In this document: positions 60,901 to 64,000 of the stretch, one piece after another
Position numbering within the stretch: position 1 is the first letter of the stretch
Layout of the letters: each line of letters begins with the position of its first letter
Origin: Tubulanus polymorphus
Lineage: Eukaryota; Animalia; Nemertea
Direction: 5' to 3'
Length of the DNA: 64,000 nt
NCBI RefSeq assembly: GCF_964204645.1
Contig: NC_134033.1
Location: forward strand, 7,758,655 to 7,822,654
Program-made: the position numbers and the translations under genes
The notes under the pieces: generated by a model
Told to the model about the DNA's origin: nothing
The model's database searches: none
Seen by the model: only the letters and a program-made list of their open reading frames with translations

Positions 60901-63331
60901 GTTCAATCTGTTTATTACCCGGAGTTAATCTAGAATCCAGAAAATGTTTGACACAATTATCAAACACCCTGCCTGGGTAACCGTTACGGCAAAACATATC
61001 ACGGAGACAATCTAATTCTTTAGTGAAAACCAGACAACTGTTACAAATATTGTAAGATCTAAATAACATACAGTTAACTAACTAAACCTATTTTCCACTT
61101 AAATGGACACATCACATTAAAGTTGAGTAAAAGACCAGTATTTGAACATTTTCGGTAGACACTTGATATAAAATCTTTTCCCATTTCTAAAGGAGTTTCT
61201 ATTCGAGTATCTAGGAAGGGTACAATGTTAGGACCAAATTCGAAAGTGAATTCTAAACAAGAATGTAAATCGTTTAATTGTTGGAATAACTTTAGATATG
61301 TGGAATGATCTCTAAATACACAAAATACATCATCTACATATCTCAAGTATAGGGCTGGGGTATATGTTAACCCGAAAACGTTCGACTTATTCAACATGAT
61401 TTATATATATGGTAAATGAAAATGTTTGTTCTTTTATGGATTTTTAATTATCGGAACTCTCTACCGAGGTTTTATCACTAATGTAGGAGTTCTGTAAAAT
61501 CTGAAAGCTTTATGATATACAAAATAAGGGCGATTTTGGCAAACAACAATGCCAAATTCCTGGATTCCATATATTGATGAATGAACAGATTGAAGACAGA
61601 TGTGTGACATATGACATATGTCAACACCCCATGGCGACGAAACCCATCAAAAATTTTTTTTTCTTATCTAAGATTATGAAAACAACTTGTTAAAGAAAAA
61701 GTTTTTGGCAGATTTTGAGAAGGGGATCCGTGCTCCACATAATTCAAATGTTATGTTAAAGTGACTTGTAAGCCATACATGGCTGGGTTTCAATTTCAAT
61801 ATTCAACACCCCCTGGTGACCATATACAAAAACCAATGACCTTGAAACACACCACAATCATAGAACATGTCAGCAGCTACGATTTTGTGATTGATTGTAA
61901 TAAGAAAACATGCCTCGTACCTATTAAATATGGAAATACTAAGTTATTCTACTATTTAACGCCCCCTGGCCATAGAACATGTCATGAACCACAACTTTGC
62001 AATTGATCATGGTAACAAAATAAGGTACCTATCTAATAAGGAAATACTATTCAACACCCCCTGTTATTCTACTATTCAACGCCCCTGGTGACCATATAGA
62101 ATAACTAATGTCCTTAAAACTCACCACAATCATAGACAATGTCATGAGCTACAATGGTGCAATCGATTGTGGTAACAAAATATGCATAGGTACAAATATA
62201 ATATAGAAACACTAAGTTATTGTATTATTCAACGCCCCCTGGTGGCCATATACAACAACCAATGACCTTGAAACTCACCACAATCATAGAACACGTTATA
62301 AGCTACAACTTTCTAATTCATTGTTGTAACAAAATATGCTTAGGTATCAATATAATGTCGAAAAACTTTTTCCCCCTACGAATGAGTACTGATGACACCA
62401 AGATGGCCGCCAATTGCATCATAATTGGCTGATCAAAAATACCTGTCTCAGGTATAAAACATGCCTTCTCAAAGAATACCCATCAGCAATTGCAATGAGA
62501 AATGCCAAACCAGTAGGAAGCTACAGGACTCAGAATTCGGTCCAAAATTAACATTTTTGGGCACTTAAAAGGTCCTAGGATGACCATCTGGGGGGGTTCA
62601 AATATATACGAAAGATCAAGGTAATTGATCGAGGCGTCTTCAAAATTTCCCTCAAAAAGTACAAAAACGTGTAAAAAGTGCTGATTTTGGTGAACAACAA
62701 TGGCTGCCAGTCGGCCATCTTGATTCTGACAGGGCCAGTTTTTGGGCTGAAGAAGTGTCTAGGGTAGATACATGTATAAACCAAATATCAAGATATTACT
62801 TGAAGCGTCTACAAAACTTCCAAAAATAACTGGATTCGGTCTACAGACGAATGGACGGACAATGGATGAAAAGTAAAGGCAATAGCCCGCTGGGACGAGT
62901 CCCGAGTGGGCTAAAAACAATCATAAATCAACGGACTTGCAACAAGGCCCCAATGGCCCGCCAGACACCAAAAACATCAAGTCGCAAACGTTATGGTCTG
63001 AATGGAACTGCTCGTATGAATTCAAGATCATATAAGATCTGGACCAGTATTGAGGAGTACAGCCCACGGCGGGAAAAGACTATATACAATTGGTTCACTT
63101 ACCACCATAAGCATTATAGGCACAGTAAAAGGGTTTATTTTTTCTGAACAAAATTTAAGTTATGAAAGACCAAACAAACCTTTCAGCCAGCGTTGATTCT
63201 GTGATGGAGTTGATGATGTTTTGGATAATGGGTAACAGTGTTTTCTGCGGAATGCTGTCTGTATTAGTTAAACTACCCAAAAGAATTTTCCACTGAGCAA
63301 TTTCATAATTCTCTCGACTGATATCTCCCAC
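3875..63331 (-). CDS. URB2: Multi-exon host gene, URB2/Npa2-like ribosome biogenesis protein (partial; runs beyond both window ends)
   Basis: Twelve open exons with good splice sites. Phases chain correctly except for one gap (59900 to 41377). Peptides VGDISRENYEIAQWKILLGSL, ILSKLPIDSL and AVHLCLNSIHHTPL...AVYNILNLLLNNNVSIVMEMKPAFLGCCRKLLNSVIYHG...VNCAHLV resemble, as I recall the protein, vertebrate URB2 including the C-terminal Urb2 domain, in collinear order. Confidence 0.75.
3969..4050 (-). other. U12-type (minor spliceosome) AT-AC intron, 82 nt
   Basis: 5' site ATATCCTTTT, branch TTTTTCTTAAC about 10 nt from the 3' end, terminal AC. Splicing it restores the frame (GCCRKLLNSVIYHG). Confidence 0.85.
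4051..4240 (-). CDS. URB2: URB2-like exon upstream of the U12 intron (phase 0 to 1)
   Basis: atttcag|GTG TTT TTA...TGT AGA A|atatcctttt; start of the Urb2-like domain. Confidence 0.75.
4493..4609 (-). CDS. URB2: URB2-like exon (phase 0 to 0)
   Basis: tatttcag|GTT CTT GTT...TTA GAG|gtaaaa; 117 nt open. Confidence 0.7.
4893..5030 (-). CDS. URB2: URB2-like exon (phase 0 to 0)
   Basis: tttccag|AGC TCC AAA...CGT GAG|gtaaga; 138 nt open. Confidence 0.7.
5236..5411. mobile_element. pogo/Tigger-like MITE
   Basis: TA|CAGTAAACTCC...GGGGTTGACTG|TA. Confidence 0.6.
5558..5749 (-). CDS. URB2: URB2-like exon (phase 0 to 0)
   Basis: atttcag|GAG CTC CTA...AAT TGT|gtaagc; 192 nt. Confidence 0.7.
6060..7290 (+). 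pseudogene. LINE ORF1 remnant (L1/CR1-type coiled-coil plus RRM), interrupted by a piggyBac MITE
   Basis: QYSRYQNLRIFGIPE...DIEVAHRV...IIVRF...LKGTKTII*EDL motifs. Removing 6538-6822 fuses ORFs 6329 and 6830 in frame (NALKREMSE). Confidence 0.8.
6538..6818. mobile_element. piggyBac-type MITE, 281 bp
   Basis: TTAA|CCCTTTCAGTGC...GCACTGAAAGGG|TTAA. Confidence 0.9.
7640..8310. repeat. Degenerate ~230-bp tandem repeat
   Basis: AAAAGCACTGTCG...CGTAAACATCG at about 7725 and 7960; GCCGCGG..TTCAA-like motif at about 7868, 8098 and 8288. Confidence 0.5.
8954..9279. mobile_element. PIF/Harbinger-type MITE
   Basis: TTA|AGCCGGACGTAGGTCGGC...GCCGACCTACGTCCGGCT|TTA; internal TGCGAC/GTCGCA motif repeats. 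Confidence 0.85.
9291..9845. repeat. Degenerate array of ~22-bp TTCGAAC-containing units, probably the subterminal array of a DNA transposon
   Basis: Recurrent (G)TTCGAACA / TCGGAACA / TTGAACA motifs in T-rich spacers. Confidence 0.55.
11570..13825 (+). pseudogene. Decayed CR1/L2-like LINE ORF2 (RT) and 3' end
   Basis: LDANKVCGYD...KMLK, ITLLPSLSKVFERIV, QSGF and VFLDISAVF motifs across frames. AATAAA and an A-tail near 13795-13825. Possible endonuclease remnant at 10680-10985. Confidence 0.75.
14714..15060 (+). repeat. 5' fragment of the HINE-like family A
   Basis: AACTAGGG...CCCACTTGGGAAGTGG start and CGCCCCCTGGTG core, as at 31965. Confidence 0.6.
15104..17465. mobile_element. Non-autonomous Kolobok-like DNA transposon
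   Basis: TTAA|AGGGGTCATGAAGAGGTTTT...AAAACCTCCTCATGACTCCCT|TTAA; no coding remnant seen; contains a ~68-bp tandem duplication at 15958-16115. Confidence 0.65.
17470..18298. mobile_element. Possible piggyBac-type non-autonomous element
   Basis: TTAA|CTCTTT...AATGGG|TTAA, but the TIRs match poorly. Confidence 0.35.
18370..18985. repeat. Dispersed repeat, second copy at 28300-29580 and a diverged fragment at 31775-31965
   Basis: Near-identical CCCATGGGCAAAGTGTGG.TTACCTTGAAAGCTAGAGG...ATACCTATGGCGATATG. Confidence 0.8.
19798..20171 (-). CDS. URB2: URB2-like exon (phase 1 to 0)
   Basis: tttttgtag|AT TCA CCT...AAC ATG|gtaaga; 374 nt; overlaps ORF 19762-20118. Confidence 0.7.
20477..20795 (-). 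CDS. URB2: URB2-like exon (phase 0 to 1)
   Basis: cacgcag|GGA AAA AAT...ATA G|gtatgt; 319 nt; overlaps ORF 20442-20750. Confidence 0.7.
21812..21946 (+). repeat. BEL 5' LTR (last 135 bp only)
   Basis: Identical to 27866-28000. Confidence 0.9.
21996..27579 (+). pseudogene. BEL gag-pol polyprotein, broken by about 7 frameshifts or stops
   Basis: Consecutive ORFs at 22240, 22872, 24380, 24597, 24907, 26383 and 27179 give domains in BEL order (Gag-PR-RT-RH-IN). Confidence 0.9.
27684..28000 (+). repeat. BEL 3' LTR, 317 bp
   Basis: TGT...ACA termini, directly after the PPT. Confidence 0.9.
28043..28261 (-). CDS. URB2: URB2-like exon (phase 0 to 0)
   Basis: ccttcag|ATG AAG AAC...AAT GAG|gtaggt; 219 nt; within ORF 28022-28261. 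Confidence 0.7.
28954..29542 (-). mobile_element. piggyBac deletion derivative, 589 bp
   Basis: TTAA|CCCTTTCGCTACGT...ACGTAGCGAAAGGG|TTAA. Retains an acidic transposase-like N-terminus MAARKKVFSANQVLGKIYADDDSEDDD. Empty TTAA site in the paralogous repeat near 18949. Confidence 0.85.
31067..31147 (-). CDS. URB2: URB2-like exon (phase 0 to 0)
   Basis: ttttttag|ATA AAT AAG...GCT AAG|gtaagg; 81 nt, INKFNTTKRGKILGFWTRLVIRNCLAK. Confidence 0.65.
33029..34437. mobile_element. Non-autonomous DNA transposon with ~200-bp TIRs (Sola1-like), inside a Kolobok exon
   Basis: AAGT|GTATGGAAGGCGAAAACCACCAAAACATGGTT...AACCATGTTTTGGTGGCTTTCGCCTTCCATAC|AAGT. Confidence 0.75.
36270..36712. repeat. 221-bp tandem duplication
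   Basis: TATCAGTATAATGC...TCTCGACCAA repeated at 36270 and 36491. Confidence 0.9.
37413..39001 (-). CDS. KolX-like protein (homologous to the P2X7 cytoplasmic ballast / nanor domain), 4 exons, 213 aa
   Basis: Exons 38899-39001, 38208-38343, 37769-38005 and 37413-37578, all GT-AG and in phase (642 nt). Motifs WCTCTNC...ECGCCQE...F.GVCLDPW...YRFTSYRQF..W....LGKGNRIAIPSC.V..IR..FP. Confidence 0.85.
40011..40930. repeat. ~446-bp tandem duplication (HINE 3' end plus flank), including a ~20-bp CTCAATGGACTATGAGCTG minisatellite
   Basis: 40011-40456 is near-identical to 40457-40902. Confidence 0.85.
40979..41377 (-). CDS. URB2: URB2-like exon (phase 0 to 0)
   Basis: tttcag|ATA TTA TCA...GAA AAA|gtaagt; 399 nt; within ORF 40916-41425. 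Confidence 0.75.
42718..43585 (+). mobile_element. HINE-like family A copy, 5'-truncated
   Basis: Tandem core units, (GGAT/GGAC)n, terminal hairpin GCCCACTGGGAC-TAAA-GTCCCAAGTGGGC. Confidence 0.75.
43590..45742 (+). pseudogene. Decayed RTE-clade LINE, interrupted by a HINE-like element
   Basis: GARQGCLLSPTLCNIFLE and NLRFADGI motifs. After removing 44355-45605 it reads SVKIRKLTWFGHV. (GAC/GAT)n tail at about 45725-45742. Confidence 0.8.
44355..45605 (+). mobile_element. Helentron/HINE-like element, family B
   Basis: AACCAG start, subTIR TGATGGGTTTC/GAAACCCATCA, (GACA)n microsatellite, 3' hairpin, inserted in an A-run without a TSD. Confidence 0.7.
46196..46850 (+). repeat. HINE/pearl-like element, family C, with TGACCTTGACC tandem units
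   Basis: AACAAG start; repeated AATCAATAGGGCACATCCTCTCCCTAGGGGTAATCAT units. Confidence 0.65.
48831..48928. repeat. DIRS internal complementary region (ICR)
   Basis: Left half is the reverse complement of 48610-48668; right half is the reverse complement of 54858-54897. Confidence 0.9.
49168..50250 (-). pseudogene. DIRS tyrosine recombinase (frameshifted)
   Basis: TIKGYRSAIS, ARRSEIHAL, LCPVRAL and HQVRSMATS...WNSPSTFTSFY motifs (R-H-R-W-Y active-site set). Confidence 0.9.
50070..52110 (-). pseudogene. DIRS RT / RNase H / adenine-methyltransferase-like ORF (frameshifted)
   Basis: LDLKDAYFQVPI, LPFGLSTAP and YLDDWL; TDNSTV and ADALSR; DLFAT...AYAFPP...VAPCWPAQKWF. Confidence 0.9.
52140..53633 (-). 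pseudogene. DIRS gag-like ORF1 (broken)
   Basis: N-terminal zinc finger CGHLFGAWDNHDSCASCR...C...PCKVCEVW followed by an R/S/P-rich repeat region. Confidence 0.75.
53655..54572 (-). mobile_element. Internally deleted hAT-like DNA transposon with 6-bp TSD, inserted in the DIRS 5'UTR
   Basis: ATAATA|CAGAGATGCTAG...CTAGCATCTCTG|ATAATA; ORF 53663-54127 carries a transposase-type N-terminal zinc finger (KNKFNW.W...YCVVC...YG...H...H). Confidence 0.8.
56000..57830 (+). pseudogene. Decayed Penelope-like retroelement
   Basis: 56930-57830 is homologous to the reverse complement of 60280-61030 (KCPTPKSLKA.VVYKF GIY-YIG region). The 5' boundary is uncertain. Confidence 0.7.
58416..59479. mobile_element. 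Non-autonomous hAT-like element with 5-bp TSD
   Basis: ATATA|CAGTGCTTCATCTAGC...GCTCGATGAAGCACTG|ATATA. Confidence 0.8.
59900..60055 (-). CDS. URB2: URB2-like exon (phase 2 to 2)
   Basis: tttttag|G TCT GTG...TCG AA|gtaagt; 156 nt; within ORF 59896-60090. Confidence 0.75.
60194..61473 (-). mobile_element. 5'-truncated Penelope-like retroelement (RT C-terminus plus GIY-YIG endonuclease)
   Basis: YLRYVDDVF, PFLD, VYRK, NGYP and VVYKFNC...SYIGKTKRH...R.KEH...REALFI motifs; flanked by the 15-bp direct repeat ATCACTAATGTAGGA. Confidence 0.9.
61797..62917 (+). mobile_element. HINE-like family A copy
   Basis: Tandem core units with CGCCCCCTGGTG; terminal hairpin GCCCGCTGGGAC-GA-GTCCCGAGTGGGC followed by TAAAAA. 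Confidence 0.75.
63180..63331 (-). CDS. URB2: URB2-like exon (phase 0 to 2)
   Basis: ttttag|GTG GGA GAT...GCT GAA AG|gtttgt; 152 nt open, VGDISRENYEIAQWKILLGSLTNTDSIPQKTLLPIIQNIINSITESTLAER. Confidence 0.75.
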
Positions 63332-64000
63332 CTAAAACAATTTGTAAATGAATAATTTAAAGTAGCAAGACATTCATCCTTCAAACATATACAGTATACC
63401 AAAGTAATGAAGACCCAGTGGTTCCATATTTTGTGTTATATTAGATTAAAGATGCAGGTTCACTGTTAAATTTGACTGTTTATGCAATTCTTTACCTAGA
63501 ACTTGTCCCAGCATTATGCAGACAGTGATAGGGCATGAGAGTCAACCGAGGTATAGGGGACTGTAGTTCCTATTTTCTCAAATTCATAACATTCAATCAG
63601 TGATTCGGTCACTTGACAGTTCTACGATTTGACAGTTCGACAATTTTAAGATTCGACAGTTCGACGGAAGTAAATTTCCGCATTTTGAACCCACATTTTC
63701 ACCAGATATCTTGATGCAATGTTACCTTATGCAGGGGATTTCAAAATAAGAATCGTTTAACACATTTCAAACAATAAATTGTTGTATGATACGCCTTGAG
63801 TGTCAGTAATCGCACTAGCAACGATGAATATAAACCAATTCAATTGTGCCACCATTCTATTTAATGCTTTACACACATGACGTCATGAGGGCGGTCAAAA
63901 CGGGTCAACACAAATTATATATAACCGAGATTTTGAGGGGTTTCATCTTTGAAAGCCCATTTCTACGGAACAAAGCTTTGGATTTTAAGGAGATAAAGAT

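Noticed and set aside
62851-63147. 98-aa ORF
   Set aside because: Chimeric: starts in the HINE 3' end and continues into a probable short LINE RT remnant; not a gene.

Overview
Eukaryotic (animal, probably marine invertebrate; taxon not determinable here), AT-rich genomic DNA. The whole window lies inside one minus-strand host gene resembling URB2/Npa2 (ribosome biogenesis). I can reconstruct 12 exons by splice phase, including one U12-type AT-AC minor intron (3969-4050). At least one internal exon and both gene ends are not located. The introns are packed with nested transposons: a BEL/Pao LTR retrotransposon (21812-28000); a Kolobok DNA transposon (32160-39198) with a dead THAP-DDE transposase and an apparently intact spliced KolX/P2X7-ballast-like gene; a structurally complete DIRS tyrosine-recombinase retrotransposon (48610-54897) plus the 5' end of a second copy (1-451); two Penelope-like remnants; RTE and CR1-like LINE remnants; and many non-autonomous elements (hAT-like with 5- and 6-bp TSDs, piggyBac, Harbinger, pogo-like, Sola-like, Helentron/HINE-like). 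No rRNA, tRNA or CRISPR array is supported. Family assignments come from motif recognition by eye, not from database searches.
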